Below, piece by piece: positions 11,443-20,044 of a stretch of 64,000 nucleotides of DNA. Within the stretch, counting starts at the first letter, position 1. Each line of letters opens with the position of its first letter. Source of the stretch: an uncultured Rhodospirillaceae bacterium (GTDB lineage: Bacteria; Pseudomonadota; Alphaproteobacteria; Micavibrionales; UBA2020); contig CAYZCE010000004.1 in assembly GCA_964476835.1 (NCBI GenBank), positions 16,244-80,243 of the forward strand, given 5' to 3'. The notes under the pieces were generated by a model that was not told the origin of the DNA, did no database searches, and was given only the letters and a program-made list of their open reading frames with translations. The position numbers and the translations under genes were made by a program.

Positions 11443-12993
11443 ATGGCTGCCCGCAAACAAAAGACCAACGTCAAGTCCATCGACCTCGCCACGACCGCCG
11501 CCCACCTGCTCAAGAAGATGGGCGTGGAGAGCAAGGCGTTCACGTCGGGCAACCAGAAGGTCTTCTCGCCCATCGACGGCGCCGAGATCGGCCGCGTGGC
11601 TTACGACACGGCGAAGTCGCTCGACGCCAAGATCGCCCGCGCGCACGACGCGTTCATGGAATGGCGCACCGTGCCCGGCCCGAAGCGCGGCGAACTGATC
11701 CGCCTCTTCGGCGAAATCCTGCGCGCGAACAAGGAAGACCTCGGCAAGCTCGTCACCATCGAATGCGGCAAGATCACCAGCGAAGGCCTCGGCGAAGTGC
11801 AGGAGATGATCGACATCTGCGACTTTGCGGTCGGCCTGTCGCGCCAGCTCTACGGCCTCACCATCGCGTCGGAACGCTCCCAGCACAAGATGCAGGAAAA
11901 TTGGCATCCGGCCGGCGTGGTCGGCGTGATCTCGGCCTTCAACTTCCCCGTCGCCGTATGGTGCTGGAACTTCGCGCTCGCCGTCGTCTGCGGCGACAGC
12001 GTGGTGTGGAAGCCCTCGGAAAAGACGCCGCTGGTCGCGCTCGCGTGCCAGGCGCTGTTCCTGCAGGCGGCTGAAAAGTTCGGCGAAGTGCCTGACGGCC
12101 TCTCCGAACTCGTCATGGGCGCGCGCGAGATCGGCGAGAAGCTGGTCGACGACAAGCGCATCCCCGTCATCAGCGCCACCGGCTCCACCCGCATGGGTCG
12201 CGAGATCGGCCCGCGCGTCGCGTCGCGCTTTGGCCGTTCGATCCTTGAGCTCGGCGGCAACAACGCGATGATCTTGGCACCCTCGGCCCGCATGGACCTC
12301 GCGCTGATGGCGACCGTCTTCGGTTCCGTCGGCACCGCCGGCCAGCGCTGCACGTCGCAGCGCCGCCTGATCGCGCAAAAGGACATCGCTGATGCTTTCG
12401 TCGCGCGCGTAAAGAAGGCTTACGCCTCCGTCCGCATCGGCAACCCGCTCGAAAACGGCACCCTGCTCGGCCCGCTGATCGACAAGCAGGCCTACGACAA
12501 CATGCAGGACACGCTCAAGAAGGCGAAAGCCGCGGGCGGCAAGGTCACGGGCGGCGAGCGCGTGATGGCCGACAAATACCCCAAGGCCTACTACGTCACT
12601 CCGGCGCTGGTCGAAATGCCCAAGCAGGCCGCGATCGTCGAGCATGAGACCTTCGCGCCGATCATGTACGTGATCAAGTACAACAAGTTCGAGGAAGCCC
12701 TCGCGCTGCAAAACGCCGTGCCGCAAGGCCTGTCGTCGTGCATCTTCACCAACGATCTGCGCGAGGCGGAACTGTTCACCTCCTCCGCCGGCAGCGACTG
12801 CGGCATCGCCAACGTCAACCTCGGTACCTCGGGCGCAGAGATCGGCGGCGCGTTCGGCGGCGAAAAGGAAACCGGCGGCGGCCGCGAGAGCGGTTCCGAC
12901 AGCTGGAAGGCCTACATGCGCCGCTCCACCAACACGGTCAACTTCTCGACCTCCCTGCCGCTCGCGCAGGGCGTGAAGTTCGACATCGAGTAA
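11443..12993 (+). CDS. aldehyde dehydrogenase, ALDH7/AmaB-like (aminoadipate-semialdehyde / piperideine-6-carboxylate dehydrogenase type)
   Basis: Catalytic Glu 'ELGGNNA' and Cys 'GTAGQRCTS'; overall resemblance to the ALDH7 family. Start at 11443 follows RBS AAGGAGA. Confidence 0.8.
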   Translation: MAARKQKTNVKSIDLATTAAHLLKKMGVESKAFTSGNQKVFSPIDGAEIGRVAYDTAKSLDAKIARAHDAFMEWRTVPGPKRGELIRLFGEILRANKEDLGKLVTIECGKITSEGLGEVQEMIDICDFAVGLSRQLYGLTIASERSQHKMQENWHPAGVVGVISAFNFPVAVWCWNFALAVVCGDSVVWKPSEKTPLVALACQALFLQAAEKFGEVPDGLSELVMGAREIGEKLVDDKRIPVISATGSTRMGREIGPRVASRFGRSILELGGNNAMILAPSARMDLALMATVFGSVGTAGQRCTSQRRLIAQKDIADAFVARVKKAYASVRIGNPLENGTLLGPLIDKQAYDNMQDTLKKAKAAGGKVTGGERVMADKYPKAYYVTPALVEMPKQAAIVEHETFAPIMYVIKYNKFEEALALQNAVPQGLSSCIFTNDLREAELFTSSAGSDCGIANVNLGTSGAEIGGAFGGEKETGGGRESGSDSWKAYMRRSTNTVNFSTSLPLAQGVKFDIE

Positions 12994-12996
12994 CGG

Positions 12997-13575
12997 ATGC
13001 CTGTCACCGAATTTTTCGGCGCACTCGCTGTTTTCGCGATGGTATGTTCACGCGGGAACTATTTCCGCTCGATCTTCCAAGGCAAGACGAAGCCGCACGC
13101 GTTTTCGTGGTTCATCTGGGGCACCATCTCCAGCATCGGCTTCGCGGCGCAGGTGGCTGAGGGCGCAGGCCCCGGCTCATGGGCACGCGGCTTCGCGGCG
13201 GCGACCTGCTTCATGCTCGTGATCGTCGCTTTGATGCGCGGCAAGAACAACATCAAGCGTAGCGACTGGGTGACTTTTTTCGTTTCGCTCGCCGCCATCC
13301 CGCTGTGGGTCGCGACGAAGACGCCGGTGTGGTCGGTCATCCTCGTCTGCATCATCGACACGCTCGGTTATTATCCCACGGTGCGCAAATCGTGGGAGAA
13401 GCCGGACGAAGAGGCCGCGCTCAGCTACATCTTTTCCGCGTGCGGCGCGTTCTTCTCGATTCTGGCGCTGGAGCACTATACGCTCTCGACGTGGCTTTAT
13501 TCCGCGGTGCTGACCTGGTCGAACGGTTCCATGGCCTTGTTCTTGTGGGCGCGCCGCCGCTTCATCACTTCTTAA
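12997..13575 (+). CDS. polytopic membrane protein, unknown function
   Basis: 192 aa with about 6 hydrophobic segments; starts 3 nt after the ALDH stop (co-transcription likely). Confidence 0.6.
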   Translation: MPVTEFFGALAVFAMVCSRGNYFRSIFQGKTKPHAFSWFIWGTISSIGFAAQVAEGAGPGSWARGFAAATCFMLVIVALMRGKNNIKRSDWVTFFVSLAAIPLWVATKTPVWSVILVCIIDTLGYYPTVRKSWEKPDEEAALSYIFSACGAFFSILALEHYTLSTWLYSAVLTWSNGSMALFLWARRRFITS

Positions 13576-13644
13576 CCGGTCTGTGATATATTGGAAAATA
13601 GGCCGCGTATCGCAGGCCGTTTTCGTCAGAAAGGTCAAACAACA

Positions 13645-13941
13645 ATGAAGATAGCTCATGTTTTGATGGCAGGTGCCGTCATTGCGCTGATGTCCTCCAC
13701 TACCGCCCGCGCCGCCGATGCCCCGGCTGCTGGCGCGCCGAAGGCGGAAGACTTCGCCGCGCATAAGGCCAAGATGGTCGACAACATGCAGAAGAAGCTG
13801 GATTGCGTGAAGGCCGCCAACGACCGTGAGGCGGTAGGCAATTGCTTCCCGCGCTGGAAAGGCCGCGCGGAGCACATGAAAGAGCAACACGGCGGGATGA
13901 TGAAAGATGGCGCGCCTCCGGGTGACGGCCCTCCCAAGTAA
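13645..13941 (+). CDS. small secreted/periplasmic protein, His/Met-rich C-terminus
   Basis: Signal peptide 'MKIAHVLMAGAVIALMSSTTARA/AD'; two Cys; 'HMKEQHGGMMKDG' tail; followed by a strong terminator. Confidence 0.55.
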   Translation: MKIAHVLMAGAVIALMSSTTARAADAPAAGAPKAEDFAAHKAKMVDNMQKKLDCVKAANDREAVGNCFPRWKGRAEHMKEQHGGMMKDGAPPGDGPPK

Positions 13942-13952
13942 TACGTTTTCGC

Positions 13953-13987
13953 AAAAAAACACCCGCCCTTGTGGCGGGTGTTTTTTG
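13953..13987 (+). terminator. rho-independent terminator
   Basis: AAAAAAA-CACCCGCC-cttgt-GGCGGGTG-TTTTTT. Confidence 0.8.
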
Positions 13988-14003
13988 TTTGTAAGATGCG
14001 GGC

Positions 14004-15335
14004 ATGACAAACAAGACCATCCATATCATCGGCGCAGGACTGGCAGGCAGCGAAGCCGCATGGCAAGCCGCGCAAGCGGGCGCGAAAGTCATCGTGCACG
14101 AAATGCGCCCCACGCGCGGCACCGACGCGCACCAGACGGACAAATGCGCGGAGCTGGTATGCTCCAACTCCTTCCGCTCCGACGATGCCGAATACAACGC
14201 CGTCGGCTTGCTGCACGATGAAATGCGCCGCGCAGGCTCGCTCATCATGCGCTGCGGCGATGAGTCCAAGGTGCCGGCGGGTTCCGCGCTGGCCGTCGAC
14301 CGCGAGGCATTTTCGGAAGCCGTCACCAAGGCGCTGCACGAACACCCCAACATCACGATCGAGCGCGGCGAAGTCGCTGGTCTGCCGCCTGAAGAATGGG
14401 AGAATGTGGTCATCGCCACCGGCCCCCTCACCTCGCCCGCGTTGACCGACGCCGTGCGCGCGCTGACGAACGAGGCGCACCTGGCGTTCTTCGACGCCAT
14501 CGCCCCGATCGTCTTCAAGGACAGCATCGACATGTCGAAGGCGTGGTTCCAGTCGCGCTACGACAAGGAAGGCCCCGGCGGCACGGGCAAGGACTACATC
14601 AACTGCCCGATGGAGAAGGACGAATATTACGCCTTCGTCGCGGCGCTGGTCGCGGGCGAGAAAACCGAATTCAAGGAATGGGAAAAGAACACGCCCTATT
14701 TCGAAGGCTGCCTGCCGATCGAGGTGATGGCGGAACGCGGCAAGGACACGCTGCGCTTCGGCCCCATGAAAGGCATTGGCCTCACCTATCCCGAAGGACA
14801 CCCGAACGCGGCCAAGTTCCCGCGCCCCTGGGCGGTCGTGCAACTGCGGCAGGACAACGCGCTCGGCACGCTCTATAACATCGTCGGGTTCCAGACCAAA
14901 TTGAAATACGGCGCGCAGACCGACATCTTCCGCATGATCCCGGGGCTGGAGAACGCGGAGTTCGCGCGCCTCGGCGGCATCCACCGCAACACCTTCATCA
15001 ACAGCCCGCGCCTGCTCGACGCCACGCTGCGCCTCAAGGCACAGCCGCGTCTGCGCTTTGCGGGGCAGATCACGGGTTGCGAAGGCTATGTCGAAAGCGC
15101 AGCGGTCGGCCTGATGGCTGGGCGCTTCGCCGCAGGCCGCACCGACGTGCCGCCGCTGACGACGGCGATGGGTGCTTTGCTCAATCACATCACCACAGGC
15201 GCGCAAGCCGAGACATTCCAGCCGATGAATGTCAACTTCGGCCTCTTCCCGCCGCCCGAGGGCGACCTCACCGGCCGTGAGCGCAAGAAGGCTTACACGG
15301 ACCGGGCGCGTGCGGATATCTCGGGCTGGCTTTAA
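14004..15335 (+). CDS. trmFO: methylenetetrahydrofolate--tRNA-(uracil54-C5)-methyltransferase
   Basis: 443 aa; FAD-binding '[16 protein letters not shown]'; Gid/TrmFO-type body ('[10 protein letters not shown]', '[16 protein letters not shown]'). Confidence 0.92.
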   Translation: MTNKTIHIIGAGLAGSEAAWQAAQAGAKVIVHEMRPTRGTDAHQTDKCAELVCSNSFRSDDAEYNAVGLLHDEMRRAGSLIMRCGDESKVPAGSALAVDREAFSEAVTKALHEHPNITIERGEVAGLPPEEWENVVIATGPLTSPALTDAVRALTNEAHLAFFDAIAPIVFKDSIDMSKAWFQSRYDKEGPGGTGKDYINCPMEKDEYYAFVAALVAGEKTEFKEWEKNTPYFEGCLPIEVMAERGKDTLRFGPMKGIGLTYPEGHPNAAKFPRPWAVVQLRQDNALGTLYNIVGFQTKLKYGAQTDIFRMIPGLENAEFARLGGIHRNTFINSPRLLDATLRLKAQPRLRFAGQITGCEGYVESAAVGLMAGRFAAGRTDVPPLTTAMGALLNHITTGAQAETFQPMNVNFGLFPPPEGDLTGRERKKAYTDRARADISGWL

Positions 15336-15336
15336 A

Positions 15337-15861
15337 TTAAGGCTTGTTCCTGAAGACGTTGCGCGGCGCCGGCTTTTTCTGGAAGTCGGCGAGGTGCGAT
15401 ACCTGTTCCTGTTCCCACTTCAGGCGCACGGCTTTTCCAACCAGCGTCGGGTCGTCTTCCTGGCGCTTGCGCAGATAGTAAAGCGCGTCGCAGCCGTTTT
15501 TGTCTTGCAGCAACACGTTGGCGCGCGCATCCAGCAGTGCATGAATCATCTTCGGCGTGCCGTAGGTGCAGGCATAGATCAGCGGCGTCGCGAAGCCGTT
15601 GTTCTGCACGTTGATGTCGGCGCCCTTTTCGACGATCGCGAGCGCGGCGTCCTCGAGGCCGTAGAGGCAGGAGCGGATCAGCGCGGTTGCGCCGTGCGCA
15701 TCGCGCACCGTCAGGTCCGCGCCCTCCCGGATCAGGCTCACGGCGCGCTTTTGGTCAACCACATCGACGATATCGAACAGCCACACCGTCATCTCATCGA
15801 AGTCGAGCACTTCCAGAAGTTCCTGCCCGCGCGCGACCGCTATGTCGTTTTCCTGCGTCAT
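15337..15861 (-). CDS. ankyrin-repeat protein
   Basis: 174 aa; consecutive ANK repeats ('GATALIRSCLYGLEDAALAIVEKGADINVQNN', 'GFATPLIYACTYGTPKMIHALLDARANVLLQDKNG'). Confidence 0.8.
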   Translation of the reverse strand: MTQENDIAVARGQELLEVLDFDEMTVWLFDIVDVVDQKRAVSLIREGADLTVRDAHGATALIRSCLYGLEDAALAIVEKGADINVQNNGFATPLIYACTYGTPKMIHALLDARANVLLQDKNGCDALYYLRKRQEDDPTLVGKAVRLKWEQEQVSHLADFQKKPAPRNVFRNKP

Positions 15862-15951
15862 GACGTCAATTTAGGCCATTTTTATTATTCTGACAACAGG
15901 CAATAAATCTATTAATAACAAATAGATATTACCACTATGTCATTTTATTTA

Positions 15952-15979
15952 TTGACATAATCATAAAAAAGGATATTAT
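15952..15979 (+). promoter_or_regulatory. candidate sigma70-type promoter for the 16010 ORF
   Basis: TTGACA (15952-15957), 16-nt spacer, TATTAT (15974-15979), in an AT-rich divergent intergenic region; GAGGAG RBS before the ATG at 16010. Confidence 0.45.
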
Positions 15980-16009
15980 AACGCATTCAATTTCATGAGG
16001 AGAAAACCT

Positions 16010-16324
16010 ATGTTCATCATTTCCAGCATCGTTGACTACTTCGACAAGCGCGCCACCAAAGGCACCCGCAACGAAGCCAGCCAGACGGTCGTCGGTACAG
16101 TCTATGACCTCAAGCGCCTCGAAGCCGCGCAGACCGAAATCCTCAGCATTTCCGCGCGCTTCAACGGCACCACCGCCGAACGCAAGATCGCCGCTGTCAT
16201 CGCATCCGTCGAACCCCTGCGCACACAAGTGCAGATCTTCGATGCGGGCTGCGCCGGTGCAGGCTCAGGCAAATACGCCTTCGTCGCGACTTCGCGCGGC
16301 GGCAAGAAAACTCTCATCCGGTAA
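16010..16324 (+). CDS. hypothetical protein (104 aa)
   Basis: ORF with RBS GAGGAG 6 nt upstream of ATG 16010; GC3-rich codons; no recognisable motif. Confidence 0.5.
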   Translation: MFIISSIVDYFDKRATKGTRNEASQTVVGTVYDLKRLEAAQTEILSISARFNGTTAERKIAAVIASVEPLRTQVQIFDAGCAGAGSGKYAFVATSRGGKKTLIR

Positions 16325-16389
16325 ATTTGCGGTTTCTTGCGGGAACGCTTTCCACGTCTCACGCGTTATCCGTCAAAATGGGGGCTTGC

Positions 16390-16773
16390 ATGCGTCTCTT
16401 GATGCCGATTTTCGGGATTTTTCTGCTGGCCGCATGCGCGACGTCCGTGAACACGGCATATATCACGCAAATGAACGGGTATACGGGGCTGACGGAGCGC
16501 GAGCTGATCGACGAGATGGGCACGCCGGACAAATCCTACAGCCTCGACAACTATACCAAGGTCGTGACCTATGTGCAGACGCATGCTTACCGGAGCAGCG
16601 GCGGGTTCGACGTCTGCATGGGCGGTTTCAACTCTCCCTTCGGCTATTCGGCCTGCCAAGGCGCCTCTCCCGGGCGTTACATCAACGAATATTGCGAAGT
16701 GAACTTCAACATCTTCCACGGCAAGGTCGACGGCTGGAGCCAGAAGGGCAACGATTGCCCGCGCATCAAATAA
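16390..16773 (+). CDS. lipoprotein, possibly SmpA/OmlA (BamE)-like
   Basis: Lipobox 'FLLAAC' after 'MRLLMPIFGI'; 'LTERELIDEMGTPD' resembles the BamE-type core; several Cys. Confidence 0.6.
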   Translation: MRLLMPIFGIFLLAACATSVNTAYITQMNGYTGLTERELIDEMGTPDKSYSLDNYTKVVTYVQTHAYRSSGGFDVCMGGFNSPFGYSACQGASPGRYINEYCEVNFNIFHGKVDGWSQKGNDCPRIK

Positions 16774-16774
16774 A

Positions 16775-17527
16775 TCATTCCCTGAGCTCGACCAGCAAGG
16801 CCGCGTGATCCGAGAACGGCTGCGGAACGATGCGCAGGCTGAGCCGCGGCAGCAGGTTTTGCGAGCACACGCAAAGGTCGAGCGCCCATCGGCTGTCGCC
16901 GAGCATGAAGGTATGGTCGGTCTCGCTGCTCATCACATGCAGCTTCATGCCCTTCAGGAGCGGCCCCAGCTCCCCAAATCCCTCGAAGATGTTGAAGTCC
17001 GCAAGAATGATGGCGTCGCCGCCGTAATTGCCGACGAGCTCGCGCATCTCCAGGAACTGGCGCGCGCGCACCTTGGCTTGCAGCGAGAAGTGCGCGAAAA
17101 AAACGTGGATGCCGCACGGCAACGCGATCTCGTACACCAGCCGCTTGGAGCCGTGCCTGAAATAAGCCTTGCGGTGCTGCAACGGCGTGCGGGAGAGGAA
17201 GGCGTTGCACTTGCCCTTGAAGAAGGGCATCTGCGCCAGCAAAGTGTCTTCGCCGTATTTCCCGGCGATGTCATGCACGGGATAGTTTTCATCGACCAAG
17301 GCTTCGATCTGGTTGTAATAGCCGGTCTGCCACGATCCTTTGTCGATCTCGACAAGGCAGCATAGATCAGGGCTTTCGTGCTGCAGGATTCCGTTGAATT
17401 GCATCAGCACATCGCGTTGCTGCGCCGCGCTGGTGTAGACATGGCGGTACAGGCGGCCGATATGCTGGTTGAAACTGCCGTCGATGCCGCGGGCATAGCC
17501 CAGGTTGCTGAAAAGGATCTTGAACAT
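16775..17527 (-). CDS. endonuclease/exonuclease/phosphatase (EEP) family protein, YbhP-like
   Basis: 250 aa; EEP motifs 'IILADFNIF' and C-terminal 'SDHAALLVEL'; 1 nt downstream of the PLD/ClsB-like gene. Confidence 0.7.
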   Translation of the reverse strand: MFKILFSNLGYARGIDGSFNQHIGRLYRHVYTSAAQQRDVLMQFNGILQHESPDLCCLVEIDKGSWQTGYYNQIEALVDENYPVHDIAGKYGEDTLLAQMPFFKGKCNAFLSRTPLQHRKAYFRHGSKRLVYEIALPCGIHVFFAHFSLQAKVRARQFLEMRELVGNYGGDAIILADFNIFEGFGELGPLLKGMKLHVMSSETDHTFMLGDSRWALDLCVCSQNLLPRLSLRIVPQPFSDHAALLVELRE

Positions 17528-17528
17528 G

Positions 17529-18590
17529 CTACAAGATCCTCTTCAGGTAACGCCCCAGACGCCCCTGCACGCGCTGCCACCACGGCAGGCTGCGGTAATA
17601 GTCCATGTCCACTTCCCGGCACGCCTGCAGGCACGCCTCGAAATCCGCGCGCACCAGGGCGACCGCCGCAGGATCCGTCATGAAGACATTGGCCTCGCGG
17701 TTGCGCAGCAGGCTCAGGAAGTCCATGTTGACGCTGCCGATCGTCGCCCAGTCGTCGTCGATGACGACGTATTTGGCATGCATGACGCCCTTTTGGTAGT
17801 GGAAGATGCGCACGCCGTGCCGGAGCAGGCGCGGGTAATAGGAATGCGAGACATGGTCGGCGATGGCGACGTCGCTGTTTTCGCTCACCATCACCCGCAC
17901 CTCGACGCCACGCCTTGCCGCGCGGCGCATCGCCCGGCGCAAGAGCCATGGCGGCAGGAAATAAGGCGTGACGATCAGGATGCTTTTCTTCGCGTTGCGC
18001 ATCGCCCGCAAAAGCTCGCGGTAAATCCGGTTCGGCGCGGGGCCGAATTGCGAGACGAGATAAAAGAACGCGCCGCGCTGCGCATGGCCGTTGCTGATGG
18101 TCGGCACCCTTTCCCTGCCCGCCTGCGCCCAGAGGCGTGAAAAATCCCGCTGCACTTCCGCGATGACGGGCCCGGTCAAGCGCACCTGCAGGTCATGCCA
18201 TCCGGCGGTGTCGTCCCAGATGCAGACGCTGCCCGTATAACACACCACGCCGTCTACCAGCAGGATCTTGGTATGGTTGCGCGGCAGCCAGAGCGACGGC
18301 GTCAGCAGGCGGATGGGGTTGTAGAAATACGTGCGCGCCCCGGCCTGCCGCAACGCCGCGAAGGCGGGCGACAGGAAAAGGTCGCGGCTGCCGATGCTGT
18401 CGACCATCACGCGCACGTCGACCCCCGCCCGCGCCTTGTCGGCGAGAAGCGCGAGGAAGCGCCGGCCGATCTTGTCGTCAGCAAGAATATATTGCTGAAA
18501 CTCGATCGACCGTTGCGCGTCCGCGCAGGCGGCGTACATCGCCTCCCAGATATCGGGGACGGCGGTATAAAGCTCCATCGTCGTTTCCAC
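17529..18590 (-). CDS. clsB: phospholipase D superfamily protein, ClsB-type cardiolipin synthase-like
   Basis: Two HKD motifs 'HTKILLVDGVVCYTGS' and 'HAKYVVIDDDWATIGS'; no N-terminal TM helices. Start is GTG 18590 or ATG 18578. Confidence 0.75.
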   Translation of the reverse strand: METTMELYTAVPDIWEAMYAACADAQRSIEFQQYILADDKIGRRFLALLADKARAGVDVRVMVDSIGSRDLFLSPAFAALRQAGARTYFYNPIRLLTPSLWLPRNHTKILLVDGVVCYTGSVCIWDDTAGWHDLQVRLTGPVIAEVQRDFSRLWAQAGRERVPTISNGHAQRGAFFYLVSQFGPAPNRIYRELLRAMRNAKKSILIVTPYFLPPWLLRRAMRRAARRGVEVRVMVSENSDVAIADHVSHSYYPRLLRHGVRIFHYQKGVMHAKYVVIDDDWATIGSVNMDFLSLLRNREANVFMTDPAAVALVRADFEACLQACREVDMDYYRSLPWWQRVQGRLGRYLKRIL

Positions 18591-18602
18591 GCGCGTGTCC
18601 CG

Positions 18603-18686
18603 TTAGCGCCAGAGCAGCGCGATCAGGATGATGACCGGGATCGGGATACCGATCAGCCAAAGCAAAAGACCTTTACCGAAGTTCAT
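18603..18686 (-). CDS. 27-aa hydrophobic peptide (MNFGKGLLLWLIGIPIPVIILIALLWR)
   Basis: Not in the ORF track (<60 aa). ATG at 18686 is preceded by GGAGGA at about 7 nt; it overlaps the last 14 nt of the AI-2E transporter gene in another frame and ends 12 nt before clsB. Single TM helix. Confidence 0.5.
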   Translation of the reverse strand: MNFGKGLLLWLIGIPIPVIILIALLWR

Positions 18687-19794
18687 GATATCCTCCTATG
18701 CTAGGTTTGAGTGGTTTGATTTCGCCGGCCAGGAAATGGCCAAGCGGCTTTAGATTGCGTGTGCGCTCGAACGTGATGCGGATGACCGCCAGCATCGGCA
18801 TGGCAAGGACGGCGCCGGGGAAACCCCACATCCAGTACCAGAACATCAGCGACATGACCACCAGCACGGGGTTGAGCGTAAAGCGCCGCGCCAGCAGCAG
18901 CGGCGTGATGAAACTGCTTTCGGACAGGTGGATCGACAGGTAGAGAACGGCCGGCAACACGGCATCGCCGATATCGCGGCTCGTCATCAGCCCGACCATG
19001 AAGAATAGCACACCGCAAAACATCGGGCCCAGCACGGGCACATAGTTCATCAGGAATGCGATGGCGCCCCACAGCACGGCATCCTCCAGCCCGCAGAAAT
19101 AGAGCGCCACGCCGGTCAAAAGCCCGACCATCGCGTTCATGAAGGTGATGGTCATCAGGTAAAGAGAGATGTCGTGCTCGATCTGCTGCGAGATGTCGAC
19201 AGCCTGCCGCTTCGCATGGAAATGCGGCAATATCTCGACCAATCGCCGCAGGAAGGTGTCGCCGCTCGCCAGCAGGAAGAACAGCATCACCATCGTCAGG
19301 AAGAGCGAACTCATGAAAGCGCCCGTGTTGGCGAAGATACGGTCGTAAAGCCGCGTGCCCTGCACGGCGACCGGCACGATCTCCTGCCCCTCGCCCTGCG
19401 CTATGGTTTCGGCCTTCACGATGATCTTTTGCGCGGAATGCATGGGCGCGCTGATGAAGCTGAGCCGCTCGTACAGCTTGGGTATGCTGCTGGGCAGCTT
19501 TTCAGCCCAAGACGCGGCCGGGCCGGAAAGGCTGACGCCACCCGCAGCAATCCCGCCCATGACCAGCAGCATGACGATCAGCGCCGACAAATGGCGCGGC
19601 ACGTTCAGCCTCTCAATGGCGCGCTGGATGGGCAGCAGCACCATCTTCAGCATGGCCGCGATGATGATCGGGATCACCATGTCGTCCGCCACATGCAACG
19701 TCGCCATCAGCAGGATAAAGAAGATCCCGCCGATAAAAACGGTGCTGGCTTTGGGGAACGGCAATTTCTTTTCTACAGATTTGATCATGTCCAA
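18673..19794 (-). CDS. AI-2E family transporter (PerM/YhhT-like)
   Basis: 373 aa; about 8 TM helices; overall AI-2E/UPF0118 topology and conserved C-terminal half ('NYVPVLGPM', 'FWYWMWGFPGAVLAMPML'). Confidence 0.8.
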   Translation of the reverse strand: MDMIKSVEKKLPFPKASTVFIGGIFFILLMATLHVADDMVIPIIIAAMLKMVLLPIQRAIERLNVPRHLSALIVMLLVMGGIAAGGVSLSGPAASWAEKLPSSIPKLYERLSFISAPMHSAQKIIVKAETIAQGEGQEIVPVAVQGTRLYDRIFANTGAFMSSLFLTMVMLFFLLASGDTFLRRLVEILPHFHAKRQAVDISQQIEHDISLYLMTITFMNAMVGLLTGVALYFCGLEDAVLWGAIAFLMNYVPVLGPMFCGVLFFMVGLMTSRDIGDAVLPAVLYLSIHLSESSFITPLLLARRFTLNPVLVVMSLMFWYWMWGFPGAVLAMPMLAVIRITFERTRNLKPLGHFLAGEIKPLKPSIGGYHELR

Positions 19795-19802
19795 TTCTCA
19801 GG

Positions 19803-19831
19803 AAAAAGCCCCGGCTGCTTGAAGCCGGGGC
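19803..19831 (-). terminator. rho-independent terminator downstream of csbD
   Basis: Perfect 9-bp stem GCCCCGGCT/AGCCGGGGC with 6-nt loop, followed on the minus strand by TTTTT; only 9 nt upstream of the AI-2E ATG. Confidence 0.65.
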
Positions 19832-19846
19832 TTGTCCGTGTCGGGT

Positions 19847-20023
19847 TTATTCCGGTTTCTTCACCGCGTCCTTGACGCCGCCCCAGGTATTTTGGGCTTT
19901 GCCCTCAAGCTTCTTCGCCTTGCCTTCGGCTTGCAGTTTGGCGTCGCCGGTGACCTTGCCTGCGGCTTCGGTCAGTTTTCCGGCAGCTTGCTTGCCGGCG
20001 CCTTCAATGCGATCTTTATCCAT
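19847..20023 (-). CDS. csbD: CsbD-family stress protein (58 aa)
   Basis: Hand-translated: MDKDRIEGAGKQAAGKLTEAAGKVTGDAKLQAEGKAKKLEGKAQNTWGGVKDAVKKPE; RBS GGAGAA; missed by the ORF track because it is <60 aa. Confidence 0.8.
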   Translation of the reverse strand: MDKDRIEGAGKQAAGKLTEAAGKVTGDAKLQAEGKAKKLEGKAQNTWGGVKDAVKKPE

Positions 20024-20044
20024 GATGGTTCTCCTTTGCTTTGT

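Noticed and set aside
15907-15927. 7-bp inverted repeat ATCTATT-N7-AATAGAT in the ankyrin / ORF16010 intergenic region
   Set aside because: Short and entirely A/T-rich within an AT-rich region, so not distinguishable from chance. Kept only as a possible operator to test.
15951-15977. Shared 'ATTGACATAAT' and 'AAAAAAGGATATT' strings upstream of the orphan ORFs at 16010 and 39010 (second copy at 38937-39005), plus vaguely similar N-termini (MFIISS.. / MTISSF..)
   Set aside because: The two strings have different spacing and would play different roles in the two regions (-35/-10 versus RBS). Matches of 11-13 nt in A/T-rich low-complexity DNA are expected by chance in 64 kb. The protein similarity is limited to about 4 residues.
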